This document shows, one piece after another, positions 1-11,922 of a DNA stretch of 64,000 nt. The notes below the pieces were generated by a model, which had not been told where the DNA came from, did no database searches, and saw only the letters and a program-made list of their open reading frames with translations. Where the stretch lies: the NCBI RefSeq assembly GCF_001194135.2, contig NC_069005.1, positions 12,369,217 through 12,433,216 of the forward strand, in the 5' to 3' direction. The first letter of the stretch is position 1. Every line of letters begins with the position of its first letter. The position numbers and the translations under genes are program-made. Source of the stretch: Octopus bimaculoides. Taxonomy: Eukaryota.

Positions 1-130
1 AATATGCAAGCACACTTCCTTTATGCATAGTTTCATTTGTAAAATCAAAAGTCAAATACTTTTGCTTAAGTTTGTAGTTACCTCGTTGTTACTCACTGGC
101 AGAAATACTGAAAGAATTTAGGTGACTTAC

Positions 131-163
131 TTCAGTAGCGAGAAAAATTAAGCAAATCACTAG
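131..163 (-). other. Candidate 33-nt micro-exon (LVICLIFLATE in phase 0)
   Basis: On the minus strand, a long pyrimidine tract (ttttgttttccatgtttttttttactattaattttcttttaatAG) precedes it and GAA|GTAAGT follows. Only the phase-0 frame is open. No homology recognised. Confidence 0.3.
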
Positions 164-537
164 CTATTAAAAGAAAATTAATAGTAAAAAAAAAACATGG
201 AAAACAAAATATTAGTTATTAATATTCTCATCTCTTCCTAAACATTTGCCTTTTGTGGCGGAATCGGGTTTTGAAAACAGGAAGCGTTACATTACAACGA
301 AGGATATTGACACTATACAGCATAATTCTGTAGCACAGGTGTAAAGGAATGTAATCATCTCTAACTGTGGCTGTTCTGTTACGCTATGGCAAGTTTATTA
401 GACTTGCTTCGTTAATCAATAAACAAAAGAACGAGAATAAAGACGACGGTATTTAGAGAAAAGATGTATTTATTATTAATGAGAAATTATTAATATTCGT
501 TTCTACGTGCAGTTGTTACTAAAGTGACAGCTCTTAC

Positions 538-569
538 TTCACTAGTAAAACTATGTATTGTAGTAGTTT
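538..569 (-). other. Candidate 32-nt micro-exon (xTTTIHSFTSE, phase 1 to 0)
   Basis: Minus strand acceptor tttgcatttcAG and donor GAA|GTAAGA. The phase is compatible with the 131-163 candidate. Confidence 0.22.
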
Positions 570-1073
570 CTGAAATGCAAATTTAAATACGAATATATAT
601 GTTTAATATATGTTTAAAACACGAGGGAGAGAACAAAACAATTTTATAGGATCGGGCGTTGAATATTAATTTACAGAACTGCTTATTAATAATATATTGT
701 AATAAGAAAATAAATAAGGAAATTAAGTTTAAATGAATTTAACGTTTACAAATATCTATAGAAACAGAAACATCAAAATCATTGTTTGAATACAAATAAA
801 TGTGATAAAATCCAAGAGATAAGTAAAATGGCATACTTAGACACACCATTGATAGGAAAAATCCTGCAGTTTTCATCCGAAAGAAAATTTATTATAGACG
901 AGCTCTTGCTAAACGTGATGATTTTTCATGTCCCTCCGTTATGTATTATGCTTTTAAAACAGCACGAGAAGACCATAGTATCTTGCCTGCAGACGCTGTA
1001 TAGACTTTACATATGATATAGCAAATACGGCTTCAGTCGTTCAAATCGAGTTAAATAATGCTTACAGGACATA

Positions 1074-1274
1074 AATATTCTTTTCTATTCAAGGTACAAA
1101 GCCCGAAACTTTTGAGGAGGGGGCCAGTGAATTCCATCGACTCCAGTACGCATCTGGTATTTAAGCTATCGATCGCGAAAATATGAAAGGCAAAGTTGAC
1201 CTCGGCGGAATTTGAACTCAGAACGTAATACAGACGAAATACAGCTAAGTAATTTCGCTCGGTGTGCTAACGTT
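1074..1274 (-). mobile_element. SINE family A (tRNA-like head; ...ccttgtgccta..gtagaaa tail type), head clipped
   Basis: Reverse complement matches the window consensus (gagttcaaattccgccgaggtcgactttgcctttcat...). Confidence 0.85.
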
Positions 1275-1495
1275 CCTTATTTCTTTATTGCCCACAAGGG
1301 GCTAAATATAGAGGGGACAAACAAGAACAGACAAAGGGATTAAGTCGATTACATCGACCCCAGTGCGTAACTGGTACTTAATTTATCGACCCCGAAAGGA
1401 TGAAAGGCAAATTCGTCCTCGACGAAATTTGAACTCAGAACATAGCGGCAGACGAAATGCCACTAAACATTTTGCCGGGCGTGATAACGTTTCTG
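1275..1495 (-). mobile_element. SINE family A (tail type ...agccccttgtgggcaataaagaaataag)
   Basis: Near-identical to the reverse complement of 62447-62677. Confidence 0.9.
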
Positions 1496-1830
1496 ACCCC
1501 TGTACATTTGCCAAAAGGTGAGTGAATGCAGCGAAAATGTGAGTGGACCTACTCTAATAATGTGCCTGTAGGCTGGTGAATTTGAGTGGACGAAGGGTAC
1601 CGTTCCCGGGCCCCCTCGAAACGGCGAGTGTTTCAGGATTGGTGGGGTACCTGAGCCAACTCCAAGTGGTTACGCTCTCCCATTGGAGAACTTTTGTTGT
1701 TATATTCTTTTTGTTTCATATTGTTATTGTTTTACTTGTGTACTCGTTGTTTTGTGCAAAACCTCCACTGTCCACGTCTACTGTATTGTTCCTTATATGT
1801 CGGCCATGGTTGCCAATAAATGGAATTATC

Positions 1831-1880
<50 letters not shown>
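1496..1880 (+). mobile_element. 3' end of an L1/Tx1-type LINE (ORF2 C-terminal remnant, 3'UTR, AATAAA, (CAT)n tail)
   Basis: Degenerate FAKR*VNAAKM resembles the ORF2 end near 42605. T-rich UTR, AATAAA at 1815-1820, then a (cat)n tail. Confidence 0.6.

Positions 1881-1920
<40 letters not shown>
1832..1920 (+). repeat. (CAT)n followed by (TAT)n microsatellite
   Basis: Directly visible. It explains the poly-I/H/N/D ORFs in the track. Confidence 0.95.
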
Positions 1921-1922
1921 GA

Positions 1923-2143
1923 GATGGTGAGCTGGCAGAATCGTTAGCAAGCCGGACAATATATTTCGCAGCATTTCGTCCGTTTTTACATTCGGAGTTC
2001 AGATTGCGCCATGATTCACTTTGCCTCTCAACTTTTCGGAGTCGATTAAACAATTACCTTTTGAGCAGTGGAGTCCATGTAATCGACTAGCCCCATCCTT
2101 CAAAATTTCGGGCCCTGTGCCAGTCGAAGAAGAAAGGAATATT
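1923..2143 (+). mobile_element. SINE family A, diverged
   Basis: ggtgagctggcagaatcgttagc head, gagttcagatt B-box-like motif, aaaatttcgggccctgtgcc tail. Confidence 0.85.
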
Positions 2144-2533
2144 TATAGCTATATCTACTTTGAGTTCCACCTCTAAAAACAACTTATTTTACGTTTTTTG
2201 AAATTTCTAAATCTTTATTACGTAAACAACCCACAATTCTCGCTGGGAAGAAGAAGAAAGATGAAAGTAGAGAAAAATCGAAGATTTGCTTTGGTATAAT
2301 GGTAGAACGTCCTTCATGTTCACAGAAGACATGGGCAGTAGTCCTCCGAACAGCCTTCGACTTTTTCTATACACAAGGCGTTTTAAAACCTAATATGCAC
2401 CTGCTATGATTTATCGCCCTGCATTTCTTCTCTCTGAATTCTATTGACATTAAATATTGTATACGTGTGCGCATATATAGAAATATATATATAATAAAGT
2501 AGAGAATTTGTCCATTACTTATAGATATTATTT

Positions 2534-2565
<32 letters not shown>

Positions 2566-2938
2566 CGTCTATATATATATAATTGTTCATAGAAAACCAT
2601 GTAATCGTTACCAATATAGCAAGAGATTTCACCACAAAAAGTCGAAATTAGACTCCTTAGGGTTCGTTCTCCTTGGTTATATATCTAAATGTGGTATTGA
2701 TCTCCTATTCTTGACTTTTATTTGATTTTTGTTTGTTCTCAAATGTATTCCATGAAGACGTGTAAGGCAACTTATATGTTTGACTTAAATTTGACAGTCA
2801 AATATAGCCTTATACAGAAATGTTGAGAGGAATAAATTACAATAATAATGGATATNNNNNNNNNNTATATATATATCCCAAAATGAATAGAAATTGCTTT
2901 GCTGATATTTTCCCACTCTAATATTCATTTATTTATAA

Positions 2939-3098
2939 GTTTTGAATTATCTTTTGCCCTATTTTTCAACATGTTCATAAGAAATCCATGATAACTCCCT
3001 TACAAACACAACTTGTAGTAAACATTTGTGATTGTAAGGGAGTTATCATGGATATGTTATGAATATTTTGAAAAATGTGGTAAAAGATAATTCAAAAC
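2939..3098. repeat. 160-bp foldback (72-bp arms, 16-nt loop), MITE-like
   Basis: Arm 2939-3010 against the reverse complement of 3027-3098 shows about 8 mismatches in 72 by eye. atccatgataactcccttacaa pairs perfectly. Confidence 0.9.
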
Positions 3099-3444
3099 GT
3101 TCCCTTTCTTTAAAATGTTCGCCAGCTAATGAAGAATACACACTAAAATGAACCAGAAACACTACTAAAGCTGCTGGAGTTACTATCCTGACAATCTACA
3201 TCAAAACACCAACGAAACACTGTCTGGGTAATCAAAGCTAGGTACGATAATGTAGTAATTTATACCCATTTTTGATACATTCATTGAGTTATATGCAATC
3301 GTCTCTCTCTATATATATTTAGGGGCACCATTTGTAAACTTATAAACATCTAATTATTAAAGTGGAAAAATTATGAGTAAAGCCATTTGTATTCATTTGT
3401 TAAAATATATAATACTGTACCAAATATTTTCCATTCTACTATAT

Positions 3445-3813
3445 TCGTTTACTTGTTTCAATCATTCGACTCAGGCCATGCTGGAGCAGCGCCTTTAGTC
3501 GAACAAAATGATCCCAGGACTTATTCTTTGTAATCCCAGTACTTATTCTATCGGTCTTTTTTTTTTTACCGAACCGTTAAGTTACGGGAAGGTACACCCA
3601 CCAGCATCGGTTCTAAAGCGATGCTGGAGCGACAAACAAACATACGAATATAAACATATATATGTTTTCAGTTTCCGTCTGTCAAATCCACTTTCAAGGC
3701 TTTGGTCGGCCCAAGGCAATAGTAGAAGACGCTTGCCCAAGGTGCCACGCAGTGGGACTGAACCCGGAACTATGTGGCTGGGAAGCAAGCTTCTTACCAC
3801 ACAGCCACACCTG
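3445..3813 (-). mobile_element. SINE family C/B (tRNA-like head, internal microsatellite, ...ccagcatggccgcagtc tail), full length
   Basis: Minus strand reads ggtgtggctgtgtggtaagaagcttgcttcccag...gggttcagtcccactgcgtggcaccttgggcaag. Same architecture as 29831-30310. Confidence 0.9.
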
Positions 3814-4569
3814 ATATATATGTATGTATATATATATNNNNNNNNNNNNNNNNNNNNNNNNNNNNNNNNNNNNNNNNNNNNNNNNNNNNNNNNNNNNNNN
3901 NNNNNNNNNNNNNNNNNNNNNNNNNNNNNNNNNNNNNNNNNNNNNNNNNNNNNNNNNNNNNNNNNNNNNNNNNNNNNNNNNNNNNNNNNNNNNNNNNNNN
4001 NNNNNNNNNNNNNNNNNNNNNNNNNNNNNNNNNNNNNNNNNNNNNNNNNNNNNNNNNNNNNNNNNNNNNNNNNNNNNNNNNNNNNNNNNNNNNNNNNNNN
4101 NNNNNNNNNNNNNNNNNNNNNNNNNNNNNNNNNNNNNNNNNNNNNNNNNNNNNNNNNNNNNNNNNNNNNNNNNNNNNNNNNNNNNNNNNNNNNNNNNNNN
4201 NNNNNNNNNNNNNNNNNNNNNNNNNNNNNNNNNNNNNNNNNNNNNNNNNNNNNNNNNNNNNNNNNNNNNNNNNNNNNNNNNNNNNNNNNNNNNNNNNNNN
4301 NNNNNNNNNNNNNNNNNNNNNNNNNNNNNNNNNNNNNNNNNNNNNNNNNNNNNNNNNNNNNNNNNNNNNNNNNNNNNNNNNNNNNNNNNNNNNNNNNNNN
4401 NNNNNNNNNNNNNNNNNNNNNNNNNNNNNNNNNNNNNNNNNNNNNNNNNNNNNNNNNNNNNNNNNNNNNNNNNNNNNNNNNNNNNNNNNNNNNNNNNNNN
4501 NNNNNNNNNNNNNNNNNNNNNNNNNNNNNNNNNNNNNNNNTATATATATATATATATATATATATATAA

Positions 4570-4657
4570 GCCAGCTGGAGGAGATGTCCTCCTGGGGCTA
4601 AAAGCAACAGTAACATCCACCCCTAGGGGTCAGCCACACTTAAGTGGCAATATACTA

Positions 4658-4660
<3 letters not shown>
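4570..4660 (+). repeat. Unclassified repeat with a 24-bp core identical to 58673-58696 (minus)
   Basis: gccagctggaggagatgtcctcct is identical in both copies; 32 of 34 nt match through ...taaaa. Confidence 0.75.
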
Positions 4661-4693
<33 letters not shown>

Positions 4694-4695
<2 letters not shown>

Positions 4696-4855
4696 GGCGG
4701 GCTTCCACTCAGTTTTCGTATACCAGATTCATTCACTAGACATTGATATGCCCTAGGCAATAAGGGAGTCACTTGCTCAAGTTGCCGTTAAGTGTCACTG
4801 AGTGCGAAACCGCCAACTTGCAAAGCGACTTATTTAACTATACTACCAAGCCTGG
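4694..4855 (-). mobile_element. SINE family C head fragment, diverged
   Basis: cacttgctcaagttgcc and flanks align loosely with 3690-3813. Confidence 0.55.
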
Positions 4856-5313
4856 ACCGAAAAAGAAATGGGACCAGAGTTTAAGCAGTGGGAAAGTACA
4901 AATACAAGTAACATCATTGGATGAACTTTACCAATTATTATACCTCAACAGTGCATCAAATATAGGCGCTCACTTACCCATTATAACCCAACAAGTACTT
5001 TAGAGAGGTTTAGAATCTCCAGCGCCATAAAAATACAGAGTGGAAAAATCAAAAGCGTGGAGTAGGTTATTAAACACAGGTTGACGTTTTAATTATTGTT
5101 AATTATTTTGTGCTTTATCGTACGTTTTTCTACTTGTTCCGAGTAAACTATAATTTACTATAATTTTCAATTCGTGCAATTATGTATTGTATAACAACTT
5201 TCATCCTTTCCCTTGTCTTTCTGTTAGTTATCTGTCTCATTTTTCACGTAAGCTCTCTTTTTTGTATTTACCTGTATCTCTTCAACTGAAGCCATCGTAT
5301 CTAATGAAGAAAA

Positions 5314-5368
<55 letters not shown>

Positions 5369-5789
5369 TGAGCTTTTAGGATAATTGGATTTTAGTCACT
5401 TGTACCACAATTATACTTAGAGCAGGAACAATGAATGTCTTTCAAATTTGTGCGAAGAAGATGTATTAACAGAATTTTCTATAATCGCTAGAATCATTAG
5501 TTGTAGGTGGGATTACATTGGAAGGAGTGCTTTATTCGTTTTGGTAATATGTGAAGTACATTGGTTTTGCTGTGCTTCATTTCTATCAGAGAAGATATCA
5601 ACAGCTCTAGGGTTCTGTAAGAAAACGTAATGGAGAAATAGAACAGTCCAAAGCTTAATGGAGAAGAAAACATTATTCTTACAATAATAAACATCTTGTA
5701 AACATATTGTTCTTAATAAAAACTCTTTTGCTTCAGTATGTTTTTACTGCAGCTGTAGGTGAACCAATGAATTTTCTAGATAAAATTCG

Positions 5790-6490
5790 TAAATGATACA
5801 AAACAAGGTTGTGATTTAGATCCATTATTATTGTGTTATTGCTTGCAGTAATGCGAGATTGTGCATTTTCTGATGTAGAAGATGGAGTGTTTCTTGATTA
5901 TAGGGCAATAAGAGGCATCTTCACCCGACAGCATTTCAAAGCAAGGACGAAAATTGCATCTCAGACGATAAGAGAGTTATTGTTTTGCAGGTGAGTTTGC
6001 CCTCGTTGCTGATACGCTCGAAAACATCCAGGATATTGTTAGATTTGCACCAACAGCCAGATTTTTTGTCTTAACTATCACATATAAAAAAAGGCTGAAC
6101 ATTTGTATCAGCCACATCCTGGTAACAATCTAGGAATCTTGCCCAGCGTGTAAGCAAAGTTCTGAAAACCGTTGATGCTCTCATATATTCTGGTTCTACA
6201 GTAACAATCGATGCTAAACTCGATAGAGAGGTGTAAACTTATATTGGAAAGACCAGTAAAGCTTTTGGGAAGCTATATGGTTAACTTTGGAATGCCCACT
6301 ATATCTCAAAAAGGTAAAGAAAAACAAAGAAAACAAGACGAGTATATATAAGTTGTCCCGAGACTCTTTCATATGTAAAAAGGACCTGGTCACCTTATCG
6401 TGGACACATCAGTCTGCTGAACAGCTTTCATGTAAAGCTGGGTGGGATGATAGAGTGAAGAACAACACTATCTTGGAAAATTGTGGAAAA
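5790..6490 (+). pseudogene. Degraded RTE-clade LINE reverse transcriptase fragment
   Basis: Frameshifted pieces KQGCDL.P, RELLF, FALVAD, YSGSTVTIDAKLDREV, KAFGKLY, WDDRVKNNTIL follow the motif order of RTE/BovB-type RT (KQGC.LAP / RELLFADD / YLGS.I..D..ID.EI / SAFGRL / W.D.V.N..VL). Confidence 0.8.
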
Positions 6491-6549
6491 CATGATAATA
6501 ATCTTTTTCTACTATGGGCAGACGTTTGGAATTTTGTGGAGAGAGATTA

Positions 6550-6917
6550 CTCGATTACATCGTTCTCAGTACTTATTTTTCGGCCGCGAAAGGTTAAAAG
6601 GCGAAGTGGAACTCGGTGGCATTTGATTTCAAAACGTAAAGACCAGGTCGACGTGACGCCAAGTAATTTCTCCAGCGCGATAACGGTTCTACCAATTAAC
6701 TGCCACCCGAATAATCTTTCCTGCTAGAGGCACAAGACCTGAAATTTGTTGGGAATGGATTACTCGGTTAAAACAACGTTCACCTGGTACATGTTTTATC
6801 TATTCTGAATGCATGAAAGCGAAGCCGACCTCGGTGGAACTTGAATTCAAAACGTAGAGACGTACGAAATGCCGTTAAGCATTTATTTCAACCACCATGA
6901 TAACTGTTATGCCAGCT

Positions 6918-6969
<52 letters not shown>

Positions 6970-7177
6970 TTTTATACTTTAGGCACACGGCCCGAAATTT
7001 TGAGGGAGGGGCCAGTCGATTAGATCGACCCCAGTATGCAACTGGTACTTAATTTATCGAACCCGAAAGGATGAATGGCAAAGTCGACCTGGGTAGAATT
7101 TGAACTCAGAACGTAAAGACAGACGAAATACCGCTAAGCATTTCGCCCGGCTTGGTAACGTTTCTGTCAGCTCGACT
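6550..7177 (-). mobile_element. Three consecutive SINE family A copies (~6550-6705, 6711-6917, 6967-7177)
   Basis: Each has the aaagtcgacctcgg..aatttgaactcagaacg core in reverse; they are separated by (AAT)n. Confidence 0.8.
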
Positions 7178-7232
7178 TATAATAATAATAATAAGGANNN
7201 NNNNNNNTCGACTTATAATAATAATAATAAGG

Positions 7233-7307
<75 letters not shown>
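7178..7307 (+). repeat. (AAT)n microsatellite with a 10-N gap
   Basis: Directly visible. Confidence 0.95.
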
Positions 7308-7309
<2 letters not shown>

Positions 7310-7856
7310 ACTAGCGCTGAAGATGAGTAGGATAATAACATTTCACATTGTTATCTTGACAATTTGGCCAAATGACACTACAAAGTGGTTAGGCAACACT
7401 GCTGTTTTGCCCATTTATAAACTGAAGTGAGTTAAAGGTCTAAAAAAATTGAAGTAATATGTAAAAGCTGTATACGATGGTAGGGAAAAACATAAATTGG
7501 AATCTTCACATTTCCGCTCATTGTTCTGAGGTAGAGCAAGAGACATTTGATAAGAAGTGAATTTGTTAACCAACAGAGTGTATGATTCTTCACCATCGAC
7601 ATATACGAAATTAAGTTGCGAAACTATTGTATTATTGGTTTTAGATTGGTGCGAAGATTGGTGAAGCATTCTAATGAAATTGAACACTTTGGCAATTCTG
7701 AGCTTCCGGGGAAAGAAGTTTTCCTTAGTATAAATTCTACGAAGTGAGATATCCTCCATTTTGTGTTTAATCAGACAGCGCCATTTCGTTTTAACATTTC
7801 TCATATGTTACATCTCTAACGCAATTACTGAAAACCACTAAACTATGCGCAAGTTT

Positions 7857-7857
<1 letters not shown>

Positions 7858-7947
<90 letters not shown>

Positions 7948-7950
7948 CAT
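7858..7950 (+). repeat. (CATA)n/(TA)n microsatellite
   Basis: Directly visible. Confidence 0.95.
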
Positions 7951-8817
7951 ATATGTCTGTTTGTGGATTCGACAATGGGTATCTTCACCCCGATCCAAAT
8001 GCTTACTCATATGGTTTCGTTGCATCTGTTTCTCATTTACCAATTACGTTTACACTGGCTTGACTTTTGTAACATAATATGCATCTCGAAGCTTTCTAAA
8101 ACTTTAATACGTGTATTTCACCTGTTTCCATTTACTGCAGATATTTTACCTCTCAAATAAGCATAAACCTCTATAAATATGACAAATCCTACCATTTAAC
8201 GATGTCAACCCAAAACGTATATTCTACACTTGAGCATAAACATTCAACTTAGACACAAGCACCACAAACTAAACATAAAACATTAGCTAAACTTGTTACA
8301 GACCCGCTTGACGTCAAATTACGCCTAAAAGTTTCAAATATTTTTGTCCAAATCTAATTTATATTTTTTATTACTATGTGGCACTACCTCGGCTGTATGT
8401 TTTTACTTCTCTAATTAATCTTGCGAAAGGGATTACAAATGTGGTCAACAAAAACCGATAACGTCGTTGCCTTTCAGGTTGCGTTTAAACCTGGGGTCGG
8501 CGACATTCTCATATCATTGGCCCTAGGTGGAATCGTTGATGATTTAACGACTCTGTCATGTAAACTTCTAAAATAAAATTAAAATGTGCAATTAGTGAAA
8601 AATTTCTTGCTTTAAAAGCAATTATTTCTTCGATTCTTTTGTCATTACAGTTTTTTAATAAGAAATATTTTTAAAACATTTAATGAAGATATTTAATGAA
8701 TTTGATAGGAAGACAATCATGAAAAATCCAGTCATATATTAATAACGACGGAAAATTTAATGTGAAATACGTGCTTGCTGAGCAATGTTTATTGCATCAA
8801 TATTTGGCTTCAAATTA

Positions 8818-9450
8818 AGCAGCGAACTGGCGGAAGCAGTACCAGGCCGGTCAAAATGCTTACCACCATTTCATCCGTCTTTACGCTCTGAATTCCAATT
8901 CCGCCGAGGTCGACTTTACCTTTCGGTGTTGATAAATTAAGTACCAGCGAGCGTTGGTGTCAATGTAATAGACCTACCCTTTCCACCGGATTTGTCGGCC
9001 TAATTTAGGCACCCCTTGATAATAATAGTTTCTAAAATAGGCACAAGGTCAATTTTGAGGGAGAGGGTGTTAGTCGAGAAGATGAATCCTAATACTAGAC
9101 GGCGCAGTTTGAAATAAGAAAATAAAGATTTGGGACATTTGCCGCACAGCATTTTATTCCCCAACAGAATTGTAACTCAGAACTCAGAAATATCACTCAG
9201 CATTCTTTTCTACGGCGTGCTAACGATACTGCCTGCATACCTTAGCCACCGTTACTATTATTATTGAGAAACTATTGTTACTTAAATAGAATGAAAGAAT
9301 CGTTTTAGCGTCGGAATAACTGGCTTATGGTATGTTTTCCGGCTCTTTAGATTCTGAGTTCAAAATCTACCGCATGTCAAGCTTCAGAAGTCGATAAAGT
9401 AAAGTATTAGTCAAGAACTGGAATCGATCATATTCACTAGAGTTCCTCGT
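8818..9450. mobile_element. Three diverged SINE A copies (8818-9010 +, 9025-9240 -, 9310-9450 +)
   Basis: aattccgccgaggtcgactttacc core at about 8900; reverse-strand tail and head at 9025-9240. Confidence 0.7.
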
Positions 9451-9560
9451 TGCTGGACTTCAGTTACTCAAGTACTAGCATTGATAGCATCGCCTACTAA
9501 CTATTTTTAAAATTGCTAATATTCAGCATAAATGAGAAACCATAATCATTATACTTATTA

Positions 9561-11090
9561 AGGCGACGAGATGGCAGAATCGTTAGCACATCGGGCGAAA
9601 TGCTGGGTGGTATTTCGTCTGCTACTATGTTCTGAGCTCAAAATTCCGCCGAGGTCGACTTTGCCTTTCATCCTTTCAGGGTTGATAAATTAAGTACCAG
9701 TTGAGCACTGGGGTCGATGTAATCGACTATCCCCATCCCCCCAAATTTCAAGCCTTGTGCGTATAGAAGAAAGGGTTATTATTATACTTATTCAGGCGAC
9801 CAGCTGGCGGAACCATTAGCACACCGGGAAAAGTACTTAGTGGCATCTCGTTCATTTGCACATTCAGAGTTCAAATTTCGCACAGGTCGACTTTGCCTGT
9901 CATCCTTTCGGAGTCGATAATGTAAGTATAAGTTACGTACCGACCTCGATCTAATCAACTGGCACCCATCCCCCACAATTTCGGGCCTTGTATTTAGAGT
10001 AGAAAAGAATCGTTACCATATCTAATGGTATTGTTTCCAACATTACATTAAGAGTTCGAATTCCACCGCTGTCTACTTTAAATTTCATCCATTCGCCATT
10101 CGGGTTGGTAAAATAAGTAGTAGGTGAGCACTGGCTTCGACGTACCAAACATTTCTTACCGTGAGCCAAAGTTTGACATTCTTACTATTATACATATTAT
10201 TAAGACGGCGCACTGGCAAAATTGTTAGCCCGCTAAACAAAATGTATAGCGGCATTTCGTTCGTCTGAATTAAAATTCCACCCAGGTCGGCTTTGCCTTT
10301 CATCTTTTCGGGATCGATGTAAAATGTACCTGTAGATCGCTGGGGGAGATGTAATTAACTAGTCCCTCTTTACCAAAATTTCAGGCCTTGTACCTATGGT
10401 ACAAATGACAATAATTATACTTATTAGAGCGGCCAGCTTGCAGAATCGTTAGCACGCTGAGAAAAATGCTTAGCGGCATTTACGTTCTGGGTTCAAATTC
10501 CGCCGAGGTCGACTTTGTCTTTCATCCTTTCGGAGTCGATAATTAAAGCACCAGTCGTAATATAAGCCCCAGTAGAAGCAATCGACTAGTCCCTTCCCCC
10601 GAGATTGCTGGCCTTGTGCTAAAATTTGAAATCATTAATATCATCATTATTATCTAGGCGTTGAGCTGGCAGTATTGTAACACGCCGGACTGAATAATTA
10701 GTAGCATTTCTACCGGCATTATGTTCTGAGCTCAAATTCCACTGAGGTCGACTTTATATTCCATCCTTTCAGGGTGGATGAAATAAGTACTAGTTGAGTA
10801 CTGGGGTCCTTGTAATCGACCTACCAACCATCTTGAATTTTCTGGTCTTGTGCCGATCGTAGAAAGAATTATTTTTACACTTAAGACGGTCAGTTGGAAG
10901 AATCGTTATCATAGCGGCATTTTTTCCGGAGCTTTACGCTCTGAGTTAAAATTCAACTCAGTTCATTTTTGCCTTTTATCACTTCGGAATAGATAAAATA
11001 AAATATCACTCAAATACTCAGCTCAATGTAATTGATTTCCTTCTATCCCTCAAAATTGTTGGTCTTACGCCAAAAATTAAGAGAATTATT
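9561..11090 (+). mobile_element. Head-to-tail array of about 7 SINE A copies (starts ~9561, 9795, 10040 partial, 10203, 10427, 10657, 10885)
   Basis: Each unit has a ggcg..gagctggcagaatcgttag head, B-box, gtcgactttgcctttcatcctt core and ccttgtg..gtagaaa tail. Period is about 225-235 bp. Confidence 0.9.
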
Positions 11091-11393
11091 ATTGTACTTA
11101 TTGATGAATAAGTTAAATCAATATTTATAATCGATTAGTTGTCTCCAGAGAGAATGTTTTTGTGTGAGACGTGTAGAGAAAAATTGATTACATGAAGTGC
11201 AATATATATATTTGTCTGTTAGTTTATTAATATGCGAAGGAAATGAAAAGACATTCAGTCCCGATAGTAGTTAAACGCAGATGTTAGAAACACAGCGTTT
11301 ATATGAGAGATAAATTGTTCACTGATTAAGTAAGAACTTCCTCTTCTACTTTTTTGTTTTGTAATTAGACACACATGCATGTATTATGTACAT

Positions 11394-11424
<31 letters not shown>

Positions 11425-11429
11425 AACAC

Positions 11430-11471
<42 letters not shown>

Positions 11472-11922
11472 ACATACGTACATATGTGTNNNNNNNNNNN
11501 NNNNNNNNNNNNNNNNNNNNNNNNNNNNNNNNNNNNNNNNNNNNNNNNNNNNNNNNNNNNNNNNNNNNNNNNNNNNNNNNNNNNNNNNNNNNNNNNNNNN
11601 NNNNNNNNNNNNNNNNNNNNNNNNNNNNNNNNNNNNNNNATATATATATATATATATATATGTGTGTGTATGTAAATATATACGTGCGTATATGTGTGGG
11701 GGTGTGGGGGTGGGGGTGTGTATATGAAAACAATAAAGAAATGATATACAGAGCTGTTACTATCTAACATGCTCTTATGTAATATATGCACTCAGTCACT
11801 TGTAATAAATTGTCATATTTGAACTATGTATTCTCACCAAAACAATGCATTTGTTTCAGACATGTTTGAGATACTAGTGAAAAAGAAATATGTTTACTGG
11901 TACGAACATGGTTATGAAGTAA

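Noticed and set aside
3508-4756. Long ORFs spanning N runs (also at 11.4, 18.1, 23.8, 25.1, 50.5, 53.2 and 54.4-55.3 kb)
   Set aside because: They are open only because Ns and dinucleotide repeats lack stop codons.
7171-7235. Direct duplication of tcgacttataataataataataagga on either side of a 10-N gap
   Set aside because: Typical scaffold overlap artefact.
7415-7804. 129-aa minus-strand ORF in unique sequence
   Set aside because: No recognisable domain or convincing splice sites; length is attainable by chance. A BLASTP would settle it.
8311-8570. CRE palindrome TGACGTCA and a protein-like frame VAFKPGVGDILISLALGG
   Set aside because: A single 8-mer and a short frame with a weak donor; insufficient support.
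9561-11090. Regularly spaced repeats as a CRISPR array; SINE heads as tRNA genes
   Set aside because: Eukaryotic context and ~230-bp diverged SINE units. The heads have A/B-box-like motifs but no complete cloverleaf.
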